This document shows positions 44,978 to 54,631 of a stretch of DNA of 64,000 bases, one piece after another. The DNA comes from Candidatus Uhrbacteria bacterium (GTDB taxonomy: Bacteria; Patescibacteriota; Patescibacteriia; UBA9934): NCBI GenBank assembly GCA_903848275.1, contig CAINGB010000025.1:4713-68712 (forward strand). Reading direction: 5' to 3'. Within the stretch, counting starts at the first letter, position 1, and each line of letters starts with the position of its first letter. The position numbers and the translations under genes were made by a program. The notes under the pieces were generated by a model. The model worked only from the letters and a program-made list of their open reading frames with translations. It ran no database searches and was not told the origin of the DNA.

Positions 44978-45040
44978 ATTTATACCGCTCGTTTTGTTGG
45001 GAAATTAGTGAAAACCAGACGATCGACGACCTGACCCCAG

Positions 45041-45586
45041 TCAAAAGATGTTGGCGATATCAGCAGAAACTTCGGCGACAGGACGGTTGCCGTCGATGGT
45101 GTGGACCAGACCGCGCTCAGCGAAGTGAGCGATGACTGGCTTGGTGTCGTGCTCGTAGATGTCGAGGCGGCGAGCCATGGCTTCGGGCGAGTCGTCGTTA
45201 CGGACTTCCACGCCAGCGCGGACGTGCATGCGACTAATCGAGACTTCGCGTGGGACTTCGATGACGATGACTTCAGTTGGGGCGTCGAAAGTGAGGTATT
45301 TGAGGTACTGGGCTTCGTTGCGAGGATAGCCGTCGAGAATATAGCCGTTGACCATGTCGGGCTTGGCCAGGCGGCGCTGCAAAACTTGGGCAGCGACTTC
45401 GTCGGAAACTAAGTGACCGGCGGCTTGAATGGCGTGAATAGACTCGCCGAATTCCCCACCCTCCTGTGCTGCATCACGCAACAAGGCACCCATGGAAAGT
45501 TCCGGGATGCCGAGTTTGTCCGATAAAATTTTAGCTTGAGTACCTTTGCCGCAACCTTGGGGGCCGAGGATGAGAATTTTATGCAT
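45041..45586 (-). CDS. adk: Adenylate kinase (short LID)
   Basis: GPQGCGKGTQA, ILDGYPR, RNDD. Confidence 0.93.
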   Translation of the reverse strand: MHKILILGPQGCGKGTQAKILSDKLGIPELSMGALLRDAAQEGGEFGESIHAIQAAGHLVSDEVAAQVLQRRLAKPDMVNGYILDGYPRNEAQYLKYLTFDAPTEVIVIEVPREVSISRMHVRAGVEVRNDDSPEAMARRLDIYEHDTKPVIAHFAERGLVHTIDGNRPVAEVSADIANIF

Positions 45587-45587
45587 A

Positions 45588-45857
45588 CTATTTGGCGAGC
45601 TCTGCCTGCTGGTCGTCGTAGAGATCTTCAATTTTAGCGATAACACGGTTAGCGGCACCACCCGAAAGTAGGTTACGGCTGAGATCTTTCATGGCCTCTT
45701 CGAAGTAGCCAATGTCGACCTTGCCGCCAGAACGTCTATCCTTCAAAACGATATTCAAGGCGTATTCGGCTAAGCCGCGCTGGTCACCCGAACCAAAGCT
45801 TGAACTACGGACAATAGAGGCGAGATCACGTTCGGTAATCCTTACTAACTTGGCCAT
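45588..45857 (-). CDS. Hypothetical protein between secY and adk
   Basis: 89-aa ORF tightly filling the gap, co-oriented. Confidence 0.7.
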   Translation of the reverse strand: MAKLVRITERDLASIVRSSSFGSGDQRGLAEYALNIVLKDRRSGGKVDIGYFEEAMKDLSRNLLSGGAANRVIAKIEDLYDDQQAELAK

Positions 45858-45874
45858 AGAGCGAGGTTTAAAGA

Positions 45875-47140
45875 CTAAACATCGTAGCTGCGCATGGTGA
45901 GCTGAGATTCCATCTGTTTGATGATGTCGATGACGACCGATACCACGATGATAACACTGGAGCCGCCAACAATAAAGTTAGCGTTGCCGGTGGCACCTTT
46001 AACGAGGATTGGGAGAACAGCGATGACACCCAAGAAAGTGGCGCCGGTCAAGAGCAGACGGTTAGAAACCCAAGCGAAGTAGTTGGCAGTTGGGACGCCT
46101 GGACGAATACCAGGAACGAAGCCGCCTTGCTTTTGGAGGTTGTCCGCAATGTCGGTTGGTTTGAAGACGATTGAAGCGTAGAAGTAGGTGAAGGCCACGA
46201 CCAAAACGAAGTAGAAGATGCCGTAGAAGGTTTGGTTGGCGAAGAGTTGGATGATGAAGTTAGCGATGTCGCGAATGACTTGAGTGCGGGCGTCGACGAA
46301 GAACTGAGCGACGAGTGGTGGCAAGACAACGATGGACAACGAGAAAATGATAGGAATCATGCCGACCATGTTGACGCGGAGTGGCAAGTGAGACTGCACT
46401 TTGGTTGAGCCGATACGGGCGCCGCGAGCGTATTGAACTGGTACGTTGCGCTGACCTTCAGTAATGACAATGACGCCGATCAAGGTGATGAGGGCCAAAG
46501 CCAAGAAAATGAGAACGTTCATGAGCTGGCTCGAGTTGTATGTAGCAACGGACTGACCGATGAACGATGGGAGGCCAGCGATGATACCGGCGAAGATCAT
46601 GAGGGACACACCGTTGCCGATTTTGCGTTCGCTGATAAGTTCACCTAACCACATGAGGAAGATGGTACCAGCAACCATGGAGACCAAAGCGACAACCCAT
46701 TCGAAACCGGTCAACTGAATGTTGACGCCGAAGGATGAGCCTTTTTGACCGATGAGTTTAAGCAAGGCGAAACCCTGTAAAAGGGCCAAAGGAACCGTGG
46801 CGACACGCGTCCAACGATTGAGCTTTTGGCGACCTTGCTCTTCCTTTTGCATCTCTTCCATACTCGGGAAAATCATGCCGAGAAGCTGGAAGACGATGCT
46901 CGAGGTAATGTAAGGCGAGACACCAAGAGCGACGATAGAGAAGCTCTTGAGTGTACCACCTGAAAAAACGTTCAACAGACCCAAGAACTGGTTGCCGTTC
47001 AACAACGCGCTGAGACCAGCGGTGTTAATACCGGGAACCGGGATATGGGCAGCAATACGGAACAAAGTCACCGCGAACAGCACGAAGAGCACACTCTGAC
47101 GAATCTCTTTAGTTCGCCAGATACGGAGCAATGTTTCCAT
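45875..47140 (-). CDS. secY: Preprotein translocase SecY
   Basis: HIPVPGI, ALGVSPYITSSI, IGNGVSL, FVPGIRPG. Confidence 0.97.
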   Translation of the reverse strand: METLLRIWRTKEIRQSVLFVLFAVTLFRIAAHIPVPGINTAGLSALLNGNQFLGLLNVFSGGTLKSFSIVALGVSPYITSSIVFQLLGMIFPSMEEMQKEEQGRQKLNRWTRVATVPLALLQGFALLKLIGQKGSSFGVNIQLTGFEWVVALVSMVAGTIFLMWLGELISERKIGNGVSLMIFAGIIAGLPSFIGQSVATYNSSQLMNVLIFLALALITLIGVIVITEGQRNVPVQYARGARIGSTKVQSHLPLRVNMVGMIPIIFSLSIVVLPPLVAQFFVDARTQVIRDIANFIIQLFANQTFYGIFYFVLVVAFTYFYASIVFKPTDIADNLQKQGGFVPGIRPGVPTANYFAWVSNRLLLTGATFLGVIAVLPILVKGATGNANFIVGGSSVIIVVSVVIDIIKQMESQLTMRSYDV

Positions 47141-47153
47141 ATAGAAAGAAATG

Positions 47154-47588
47154 TTATTCAACCTTACCGCCGGCAGCCACAATTTTGGCTACAGCCGACT
47201 CTGACACCAAACAACCCTTAACGACGACAGCGACAGCAATTTCACCTTGGCCCAAAACTTTGACTGGAACCTTGGTGGTAGTGATGAGGCTCTTGTTGAG
47301 GAGAGTCTTTGGGGTGACCATCTCGCCCGCAATGTACATGCGGCCAATGTCGGTCAAGTTAACAACGACTGCCTTTGGAGCAAAGGAACGGAAACCACGC
47401 AACTTTGGCGTCGACAAGATAAGCTTACGCATACCGAGACGCTTCAAGTTACCGACACCGGAACGGGAGGTCTGACCCTTTTGACCACGACCAGCAGTGG
47501 TACCCTTGCGACCGAGTCCGCGACCATTGCGCTGGACAGTCTTACGAGCACCGAAGGCGGCCTGGATTGTGTTTAGAGAAATGGCCAT
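47154..47588 (-). CDS. rplO: 50S ribosomal protein uL15
   Basis: GRG..GTTAGRGQKGQTSRSG, KVLGQG. Confidence 0.95.
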   Translation of the reverse strand: MAISLNTIQAAFGARKTVQRNGRGLGRKGTTAGRGQKGQTSRSGVGNLKRLGMRKLILSTPKLRGFRSFAPKAVVVNLTDIGRMYIAGEMVTPKTLLNKSLITTTKVPVKVLGQGEIAVAVVVKGCLVSESAVAKIVAAGGKVE

Positions 47589-47593
47589 ATCCG

Positions 47594-48277
47594 TTATTTA
47601 GTCTCGGTGGTTACTGCCTCTACTGCTTTAGGTGCTTTGGCGACAAATGGGCGAAGAGCCTTGAGTGCTGCCATAACAGCTTTGGCGTTGTTGATTTTGT
47701 TGTTGGAACCCATGACCTTAGAGACAGCGTTAGGGACGCCAGCAAGTTCCAAGATAACACGGATTGGACCACCACACTTAAGACCGGTACCTTGTGGAGC
47801 TGGCATCAGGAGGACGCGAGCGGCCGCAAACTTGCGATCGACGATGTGAGGGATGGTTTCGTTGTGGAGTGGGATGGTGACCATGTCCTTCTTAGCCTTA
47901 CGGAAGGCTTTCTCGACAGACATAGCAACGTCAGCGCCCTTAGCAACGCCCATACCAACGCGACCACGACGGTCACCGATGATGAGACAAGCTCGGAAAC
48001 GCATGCGCTTACCACCTTTGGTGACACGAGTCACGCGGGCAAGCTCTAAAATCTTTTGCTCGAACTCGCGTGGTTCACGTTCTGGACGACCGCCGCGGGA
48101 ACCGCCTGCGCCGCCTGCACCACGTCCGCTACCGCCTTGGCCACCTGGACCACGGCTACCGCCCTGTCCAGCACCGGCTGGGCCACGACCACCGGCGGCA
48201 CCCGAACGGGTAGCACGCTGTGGACCGCGACCAGCTGGAGTTGCTGGAACTGCTGCTGTTTTGATTGCTTCAGTCAT
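47594..48277 (-). CDS. rpsE: 30S ribosomal protein uS5 with a Gly/Arg-rich N-terminal extension
   Basis: RVTRVTKGGKRMRF, PAPQGTG. Confidence 0.96.
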   Translation of the reverse strand: MTEAIKTAAVPATPAGRGPQRATRSGAAGGRGPAGAGQGGSRGPGGQGGSGRGAGGAGGSRGGRPEREPREFEQKILELARVTRVTKGGKRMRFRACLIIGDRRGRVGMGVAKGADVAMSVEKAFRKAKKDMVTIPLHNETIPHIVDRKFAAARVLLMPAPQGTGLKCGGPIRVILELAGVPNAVSKVMGSNNKINNAKAVMAALKALRPFVAKAPKAVEAVTTETK

Positions 48278-48280
48278 AGT

Positions 48281-48637
48281 TTAGAATTCAAGGCCTGCGG
48301 CACGAGCGGCAACGGCCACCGCTTCCACACGACCATGGTAAAGGTATGGTCCACGATCGAAGACGACTTTGGTGACACCAGCGGCCTTGGCCTTGGCGGC
48401 AACTTCGGCACCAACGATAGCAGCGGACTCAAGTGGCTTCTTGTCACCCTTGTTCTTCAAGTCAGAAGCGGCGGCTAGCGTCTTGCCAGTTTCGTCGTTA
48501 ATAACCTGAGCGTACATGTGGGCGCCAGAACGGAAGACGGTCAAGCGTGGGCGTTCAGCGGAACCGCTAATCTTAGCACGAGTGCGGATGGCACGGCGCT
48601 TAGCAGCTGCTCGCTTTTTGAGAATTGGTTTTAACAT
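48281..48637 (-). CDS. rplR: 50S ribosomal protein uL18
   Basis: [21 protein letters not shown]. Confidence 0.96.
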   Translation of the reverse strand: MLKPILKKRAAAKRRAIRTRAKISGSAERPRLTVFRSGAHMYAQVINDETGKTLAAASDLKNKGDKKPLESAAIVGAEVAAKAKAAGVTKVVFDRGPYLYHGRVEAVAVAARAAGLEF

Positions 48638-48646
48638 AGAGGCGGA

Positions 48647-49216
48647 TTATTCCGAGGTCTTAGACGCCTTACCAGCCTTACGACGGATAATTTCGTCAGT
48701 GTAACGGAAGCCCTTACCCTTGTATGGTTCTGGCTTCTTCAAGGAACGGATTTCAGCCGCACATTGACCCAAGACTGCACAGTTGGCAGAGGTGAGAGTC
48801 AAGATGTTCTGCTCAATCTTACCAGCAACTTCTGGTGGCAAAGTGTAGCGAACTTCGTGGGAGAAACCGAGTGCCATGACGAGCACTTGACCCTGCAAGT
48901 TCATTTTGAAACCGACACCGTTCAGCTCAAGAGCTTTCTTGAAGCCGGTGGTGACGCCTTCGACCATCTGCGCCAAAAGTGCACGCATAGTGCCCCACAT
49001 AGCGCGGTCTTCGCGGTCGCCGTCTAAGACGGTAACGTCGAGATAGTCACGACCTTCGTCGTCCTTCTGCTGCGAAACGGCAGCGTGAGGATGGAGGCTG
49101 AGGGTGAGCTCGCCCTTCGGGCCCTTAACCGTAACAGTGGTGACGTCCATCGTTTGCACGATAGTAGCAGTCACACCTGCTGGGAGGAACACCGGTTTTT
49201 TTCCAATGCGCGACAT
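48647..49216 (-). CDS. rplF: 50S ribosomal protein uL6
   Basis: MSRIGKKP, KPEPYKGKG. Confidence 0.96.
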   Translation of the reverse strand: MSRIGKKPVFLPAGVTATIVQTMDVTTVTVKGPKGELTLSLHPHAAVSQQKDDEGRDYLDVTVLDGDREDRAMWGTMRALLAQMVEGVTTGFKKALELNGVGFKMNLQGQVLVMALGFSHEVRYTLPPEVAGKIEQNILTLTSANCAVLGQCAAEIRSLKKPEPYKGKGFRYTDEIIRRKAGKASKTSE

Positions 49217-49217
49217 A

Positions 49218-49613
49218 TTAGTAGATTTCGCAAATCAACTCACCGCCCAAGTGACGCTTGCGCGCTTCGGCTCCGGTCATAAGACCGTTTGGTGTGGAGA
49301 CAATGGAGAAGCCCATGCCTGAACGAACGCGATGCAAATCCGTTGACTTCACGTAAACACGCTGACCAGGCTTGCTGATACGGGTGATTGCGCTAATCAT
49401 TGGCGAGTTGCCTTCGTCGTACTTCAAGGTAAGACTCATCATTGGTTTATTACCGTCTTCAAACGCTTCTACATTCGACACATAACCTTGGCCCTGAATA
49501 ATCTTCGCAATGGCGAATTTCATAATAGAGCGAGGCATGGCCACAACCTTCGCGCGGCTCATGCCGGCGTTACGGATGCGGGTAAGCATGTCAGATACTG
49601 GATCGGTCATCAT
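49218..49613 (-). CDS. rpsH: 30S ribosomal protein uS8
   Basis: TDPVSDMLTRIRNA, ISKPGQRVY, GGELIC. Confidence 0.96.
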   Translation of the reverse strand: MMTDPVSDMLTRIRNAGMSRAKVVAMPRSIMKFAIAKIIQGQGYVSNVEAFEDGNKPMMSLTLKYDEGNSPMISAITRISKPGQRVYVKSTDLHRVRSGMGFSIVSTPNGLMTGAEARKRHLGGELICEIY

Positions 49614-49614
49614 A

Positions 49615-49800
49615 TTACCAGCTAGCTTTACGAATGCCTGGAATTTCGCCAACGTTGGCTAATTCACGGAAGCAGATACGGCACAAGCCGAAGTCACGGA
49701 GGAAGAAACGGTTACGTCCACAGCGCCAGCATCGGTTGACCTTGCGGGTCATGAATTTTGGCTCTTTTTTGGATTTCGCAATTTGGTTTTCTGTTGCCAT
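49615..49800 (-). CDS. rpsN: 30S ribosomal protein uS14, zinc-binding type
   Basis: NRCWRCGR..FGLCRICFRE..GEIPGIRKASW. Confidence 0.95.
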   Translation of the reverse strand: MATENQIAKSKKEPKFMTRKVNRCWRCGRNRFFLRDFGLCRICFRELANVGEIPGIRKASW

Positions 49801-49801
49801 A

Positions 49802-50347
49802 TTACTTTTTTTCGGTCGGGGCGAACGGGAACCCGAGACCCTTGAAGAGTGCCAACCCTTCGGCATGATTCTTGGCGGTGGTCGTGATCGTTACCTGTAG
49901 ACCATGCAACGACTCGACTTCGTCAGGACGAACTTCAGGGAACGGTGTGTGTTCAGTGAAACCGTAGTTGAAGTTACCCTGCTTGTCGACCGAAGACTCT
50001 GGAATACCACGGAAGTCGCGGATACGAGCAAAGACGACGTTCGCTAGCTTGTCCAAGAAGTGCCACATGTGCGGACCACGGATAGTTACCATGGCACCGA
50101 CTACCTGACCTTCGCGGAGTTTGAAACCGGCGACTGACTTACGAGCCTTGGTCATAACTGGCTGTTGACCAGTGATGCGCTTCAAGGTGTCAGCGACGAT
50201 GTCGGCGAACTTGGAGTCCTTGCCCTTGCCGAGGCCAGCGTTCAAAGTCACTTTGACGATGTGCGGTGTCTCGTGGACATTAGTGCGGCCAAACTGTTCG
50301 CGCAAACTGGCGGACAGGGCGCTGAATTTTTCTTTAAGCATTTGCAT
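49802..50347 (-). CDS. rplE: 50S ribosomal protein uL5
   Basis: ITGQQP..ARKSVAGFKLREG, RIRDFRG. Confidence 0.96.
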   Translation of the reverse strand: MQMLKEKFSALSASLREQFGRTNVHETPHIVKVTLNAGLGKGKDSKFADIVADTLKRITGQQPVMTKARKSVAGFKLREGQVVGAMVTIRGPHMWHFLDKLANVVFARIRDFRGIPESSVDKQGNFNYGFTEHTPFPEVRPDEVESLHGLQVTITTTAKNHAEGLALFKGLGFPFAPTEKK

Positions 50348-50348
50348 A

Positions 50349-50654
50349 TTAGCCGATTTCTTCAGTGCCCTTCTTGGAGTGGAGCACGCGAATCTTGCGA
50401 CCTTCCTTGACGACGTAACCGACGCGTCCTGGACCATTCTTGCCGACCATCTGAACGTTTGAGGCGTTCATAGGTGCCGAGAAGGTGATGCGTTGACCGG
50501 CTTGCGTGCCGCGTGGTTTCAAGTGCTTAACGCGCTGGTTAAGACCTTCGACTACGACTTGGTTCTTATCAGGAAAGACCTGACTGATCTTGCCTTCCTT
50601 ACCCTTGTCCTTGCCAACCATGACACGGACGTTATCCCCAGTTTTGATTTTCAT
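50349..50654 (-). CDS. rplX: 50S ribosomal protein uL24
   Basis: KIKTGDNV..GKDKGKEG. Confidence 0.95.
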   Translation of the reverse strand: MKIKTGDNVRVMVGKDKGKEGKISQVFPDKNQVVVEGLNQRVKHLKPRGTQAGQRITFSAPMNASNVQMVGKNGPGRVGYVVKEGRKIRVLHSKKGTEEIG

Positions 50655-50663
50655 ATATGGGAA

Positions 50664-51035
50664 TTAGAGCACCTCTGGCGCTAAAGAAATAATCTTGTTG
50701 AAACCGAGGGCGCGTAATTCGCGAGCGACCGGGCCAAAGATACGGGTACCTTTTGGCTCTTTGCTTTCGCGGTTGATAATCACGGCAGCGTTTTCGTCAA
50801 ACATGATGTAGGAACCGTCCTTACGACGCACTTCCTTGCGGGTGCGGACAATGACGGCGTGGACGACGTCACTCTTTTTTACTGCCATGTGCGGCGAGGC
50901 CACCTTGACCGCGCACGTCACAACGTCGCCTAGGCGAGCGTAACGCTTTTTGTAGCCACCAAGGACGCGGATAACCTGGAGCCTCTTGGCACCAGAGTTG
51001 TCGGCGACGTGGATCATCGATCGATGTTGCAACAT
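50664..51035 (-). CDS. rplN: 50S ribosomal protein uL14
   Basis: [26 protein letters not shown]. Confidence 0.97.
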   Translation of the reverse strand: MLQHRSMIHVADNSGAKRLQVIRVLGGYKKRYARLGDVVTCAVKVASPHMAVKKSDVVHAVIVRTRKEVRRKDGSYIMFDENAAVIINRESKEPKGTRIFGPVARELRALGFNKIISLAPEVL

Positions 51036-51046
51036 ATACGTGGGGG

Positions 51047-51310
51047 CTAGTTGGCTACCGCTACAACGCGGAAACGCTTCTTAGCCGAAAGAGGACGGGT
51101 TTCTTCGATGGTCACCTGGTCACCAACCTTGACCTCGGGATTCTCGTTATGAGCGAGGTAAGTCTTGCTGACAGTGTAACGCTTCTGGTACTTGCTGTTG
51201 AGCACGGTGCGGTCAATCTTAACCGTCACAGTCTTTTGCATCTTGGTGGCCACGACGACGCCAGTTAAGCGACGACGACCGGTTGCTGGAATAATTTTTT
51301 CAGTCGTCAT
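51047..51310 (-). CDS. rpsQ: 30S ribosomal protein uS17
   Basis: [23 protein letters not shown]. Confidence 0.95.
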   Translation of the reverse strand: MTTEKIIPATGRRRLTGVVVATKMQKTVTVKIDRTVLNSKYQKRYTVSKTYLAHNENPEVKVGDQVTIEETRPLSAKKRFRVVAVAN

Positions 51311-51312
51311 AC

Positions 51313-51501
51313 TTAAGCTTTAATCGCGTTAAGAGCCGTCATAAGATGAGCGATGCTCTTTTTTGCGAGGGTGATTTCACGAACATTTTTAAGCTGTCCG
51401 ATGGAATGTTTGAATACGAGCTCGTGCAAGAGTCCGCGAGTTTCCGCGAGGAGTCCTTGCAATTCTGCTACGTCTTTGCCTTTATAATCGAGGTATGCCA
51501 T
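51313..51501 (-). CDS. rpmC: 50S ribosomal protein uL29
   Basis: Position between rplP and rpsQ; GQLKNVREI..KKSIAHLMT. Confidence 0.88.
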   Translation of the reverse strand: MAYLDYKGKDVAELQGLLAETRGLLHELVFKHSIGQLKNVREITLAKKSIAHLMTALNAIKA

Positions 51502-51504
51502 ACA

Positions 51505-51918
51505 TTACATTCGGGTAACAACTTTGGTCTGAACTGGAAGTTTGTGCATGGCCAAGCGGAAAGCTTCAGTAGCGGTAGCGGCGTCGACACCGTCCATTTC
51601 GAACATGACTGTACCAGCACGAACTGGGGTCATGTAATAATCGACGGCACCTTTTCCTTTACCCATTGGAGTTTCCGAACCGTGGTTCGTAACTGGATGG
51701 TCGGGGAAAATGCGGATCCAGATCTTACCACCGCGTTTGACGGCACGCGTCATGGCGCGACGAGCGGCTTCGATCTGACGGGCCGTGACCCAACCTTCGG
51801 TAATGGCTTTTAGACCAAAGGAACCAAAGGCGACACTGGTCTTTTGCGTAGCCAAGCGATCACCCTGAGTGTGACGCTTCTGCCACTTGCGATATTTCAT
51901 CTTTTTAGGAAGCAACAT
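51505..51918 (-). CDS. rplP: 50S ribosomal protein uL16
   Basis: MLLPKK.KYRK, QIEAAR, WIRIFPD, MGKGKG. Confidence 0.97.
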   Translation of the reverse strand: MLLPKKMKYRKWQKRHTQGDRLATQKTSVAFGSFGLKAITEGWVTARQIEAARRAMTRAVKRGGKIWIRIFPDHPVTNHGSETPMGKGKGAVDYYMTPVRAGTVMFEMDGVDAATATEAFRLAMHKLPVQTKVVTRM

Positions 51919-51927
51919 ACAAATGGG

Positions 51928-52671
51928 TTAAGCGCGACGCGCTGCTGGACGACCACCCTTAGAAGGTGCGCGACCTTGATTTGGACTTGGGTTGGGAACG
52001 CGTGGAGCAACGGCTTCATTCTTCACTACGCCTTCGAAAACTTCGCCGCGGTAGATCCAGACCTTGATACCGATCACACCCTGGAGGGTGGTGGCACGAA
52101 TACGAGCGAACTCAATGTCAGCGCGCAAGTTGTGGAGTGGGATAGAGCCTTGGGAAAGAGTTTCAACGCGGGCAATTTCAGCACCGTTCAAGCGGCCAGA
52201 GAGAGTCAACTTAACTCCCTTTGCACCGGCTTTCATGACGCGTTCGATGGCCATCTTCATGGAGCGACGGAAGGCCATGCGACTTTCCAGTTCGCGGGCG
52301 ATCTGTTCACCGACGACGACGCCAGAGAGAGCAGGACGAGCGATTTCATGAACGTTCAGGTTCATGGTCACGCGGCGACCGCGGTAGAATTCACCCATGA
52401 GCTTCTTCTTAAGCTCTTCGATACCAGCGCCGGCGCGTCCGATGACGAAACCAGGCTTGGCAGCGTAGATGTTGACGGTGACGTTCTTAGGCGTACGGTC
52501 GATTTCGATATGATCGACACCGGCGTCGCGCAAGTTCTTGCGGAGATAGTCGCGAATGCGGACATCTTCCGAAAGTGAGGTCACGAATTGCTTGCCCTTA
52601 GCAAACCATTTGGATTCCCAGCCGTAGATTGTCCAGAGACGAAAGGCTCGTGGATGTACTTTATTTCCCAT
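51928..52671 (-). CDS. rpsC: 30S ribosomal protein uS3
   Basis: MGNKVHP, SGRLNGAEIAR, GIKVWIY. Confidence 0.97.
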   Translation of the reverse strand: MGNKVHPRAFRLWTIYGWESKWFAKGKQFVTSLSEDVRIRDYLRKNLRDAGVDHIEIDRTPKNVTVNIYAAKPGFVIGRAGAGIEELKKKLMGEFYRGRRVTMNLNVHEIARPALSGVVVGEQIARELESRMAFRRSMKMAIERVMKAGAKGVKLTLSGRLNGAEIARVETLSQGSIPLHNLRADIEFARIRATTLQGVIGIKVWIYRGEVFEGVVKNEAVAPRVPNPSPNQGRAPSKGGRPAARRA

Positions 52672-52674
52672 AGG

Positions 52675-53010
52675 TTAGGCTTTAGGCGCAACCACGATAG
52701 TGATATGCGACATACGATGACGAATTGGAGTAGCGCGACCGTGGGCTTTTGGCGTGAAGCGGAAGAAGGAAGGACCTTCGTCGACCCAAGCCTTAGTAAC
52801 CACGAGACTGGCCGGATCAAGTTTCAAGTTCTCGGTCGCGTTGGCGACAGCAGAGTTGAGGACCTTGAGAATTGGGAGGGATGACTGTTTTTTGGAGAAG
52901 TTTAACTGCGCGCGGGCTGCAGCCACGTTAAGACCGCGAACGAGTGCCACAAGCAACCGCGTTTTTCGCGGGGCCATGCGGACAAATCGTGCTTTTGCAA
53001 AGGCTTCCAT
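52675..53010 (-). CDS. rplV: 50S ribosomal protein uL22
   Basis: RMAPRK.RL, SAVANA, VDEGP, SHITIV. Confidence 0.96.
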   Translation of the reverse strand: MEAFAKARFVRMAPRKTRLLVALVRGLNVAAARAQLNFSKKQSSLPILKVLNSAVANATENLKLDPASLVVTKAWVDEGPSFFRFTPKAHGRATPIRHRMSHITIVVAPKA

Positions 53011-53019
53011 AAGACGGTA

Positions 53020-53346
53020 TTAACGGGTGAGCTTTTTGGCGGCAGGAGCAGGTGCTCCCTTCGCGGCTGGAGCGGCAGCAGCGGCTGCAGCCTTACCAGC
53101 GTGACGAACGAACTTACGAGTTGGTGAAAATTCACCAAGCTTGTGTCCGACCATGTTCTCGACGACACGGACAGGGATAAAATCCTTTCCGTTATGGACG
53201 GCGATGGTGAATCCAACCATTTCTGGTGTGATTGAACAAGCGCGGGCCCAGGTTTTGATGATGGTCTTATCGCCTTGGCGGAGCTTACCAACTTTGATGG
53301 CGAGCTTAGCGTCGACGTAAGGACCCTTTTTGATGCTACGAGACAT
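53020..53346 (-). CDS. rpsS: 30S ribosomal protein uS19
   Basis: [23 protein letters not shown]. Confidence 0.97.
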   Translation of the reverse strand: MSRSIKKGPYVDAKLAIKVGKLRQGDKTIIKTWARACSITPEMVGFTIAVHNGKDFIPVRVVENMVGHKLGEFSPTRKFVRHAGKAAAAAAAPAAKGAPAPAAKKLTR

Positions 53347-53349
53347 AGA

Positions 53350-54195
53350 TTAAACGCCACTCTTCTTAGCGCCACGGCGGCGGACAATGAACTTGTCAGT
53401 GCTGGTGCGACGACGTGACTTAACACCGTGCGCTGGCTTACCCTGTGGGGTCTTGGCATGCTTGAGACCAATGGAGTTACGAGCTTCACCACCACCGTGT
53501 GGGTGATCGACTGGGTTCATAGCCTTACCACGAACGGTTGGGCGGATAGAACGGTGACGGGTGCGGCCGGCTTTACCCCAACGGACTAAGCGCCAGTCTG
53601 GGTTGCTAACTGTACCAATGCTGGCCATACAAGTCTTTGGCACCATGCGCATTTCGCCACTTGGTAATTTGAGCGTGGCCATTTCACCTTCGATGGCAAG
53701 GAGCATGGCACTAGTACCAGCACCGCGAACCATTTGGGAGCCACGACCTGGCTGCAATTCAACGTTGTAAATGGTCATACCGACAGGAATCTTTTCCAAG
53801 GGGAAACGATTGCCGACGCTTGGTTCACCACGTTCCTTCGAGCTGACGAAAACGGCACCAACGGTGACACCTTCAGGAGCTAGGACGTAACGCTTTTCAC
53901 CGTCCTTGTAGGCGACGAGAGCGATACGAGCACCGCGGTTTGGATCGTATTCGATGGTCTGGACAGTGCAAGGGATGTCGTACTTTTCCTGCTTCCAGTC
54001 GATCGTACGGATGTGACGCTTAGCACCACCTCCACGATGACGAACACTGATTTGACCACTGCTGCCACGACCGGCATTCTCTTTCTTGGAGACGAGCAAC
54101 TTCTTGTATGGCTCGTTGGTGGTCAAGTCTTTGAACGATTGAACGCTCGAGACACGACGACCAGCTGAGGTTGGTTTATAAATCTTGATTGCCAT
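53350..54195 (-). CDS. rplB: 50S ribosomal protein uL2
   Basis: RHRGGG, EYDPNR, MNPVDHPHGGGE. Confidence 0.98.
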   Translation of the reverse strand: MAIKIYKPTSAGRRVSSVQSFKDLTTNEPYKKLLVSKKENAGRGSSGQISVRHRGGGAKRHIRTIDWKQEKYDIPCTVQTIEYDPNRGARIALVAYKDGEKRYVLAPEGVTVGAVFVSSKERGEPSVGNRFPLEKIPVGMTIYNVELQPGRGSQMVRGAGTSAMLLAIEGEMATLKLPSGEMRMVPKTCMASIGTVSNPDWRLVRWGKAGRTRHRSIRPTVRGKAMNPVDHPHGGGEARNSIGLKHAKTPQGKPAHGVKSRRRTSTDKFIVRRRGAKKSGV

Positions 54196-54204
54196 ACAAG
54201 GGGG

Positions 54205-54630
54205 TTAGACCGTTTCGAAGATGTCGAGGTGACTGCCAGTTGGCAAGGTCACGAGCGCCTTCTTCAGGTTATTGGTGCGACCATTGAAACGACCGAAGCG
54301 ACGAGCGGTGCCGCGGATGTTCATGATGTTCACCTTAACTGGGGTGACGTTGTACAACTCGCGAATAGCCTGCTTGACCGTGATGCGGTTGGCGTCGACG
54401 GCGACGTAGAAGGCGTACACGTTCTTAGCAGCCAACTGAGCTGACTTTTCGCTAGCCACTGGGCCGACGATAGTACGAGCAGTCAAGACTGAGAGTGAAC
54501 GAGCAGCGCGAGTGGCTTTAGCTGGAGCGACAGTCTCTGCGACCTTGGCAGCTTTGACCGACTTTTTGATCGGCTTAGCAGCAGCGTCGGGAGCATTGTC
54601 CTTTTTGGCTGTTTTCTTAAAAATTGGCAT
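54205..54630 (-). CDS. rplW: 50S ribosomal protein uL23 with a Lys/Ala-rich N-terminal extension
   Basis: PVASEK, KVNIMN, KKALVTL. Confidence 0.93.
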   Translation of the reverse strand: MPIFKKTAKKDNAPDAAAKPIKKSVKAAKVAETVAPAKATRAARSLSVLTARTIVGPVASEKSAQLAAKNVYAFYVAVDANRITVKQAIRELYNVTPVKVNIMNIRGTARRFGRFNGRTNNLKKALVTLPTGSHLDIFETV

Positions 54631-54631
54631 A

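Noticed and set aside
45041-45043. Genetic code 25 (UGA=Gly) as in Gracilibacteria/Absconditabacteria
   Set aside because: Conserved genes are intact under code 11 and TGA ends adk and pth at the expected positions
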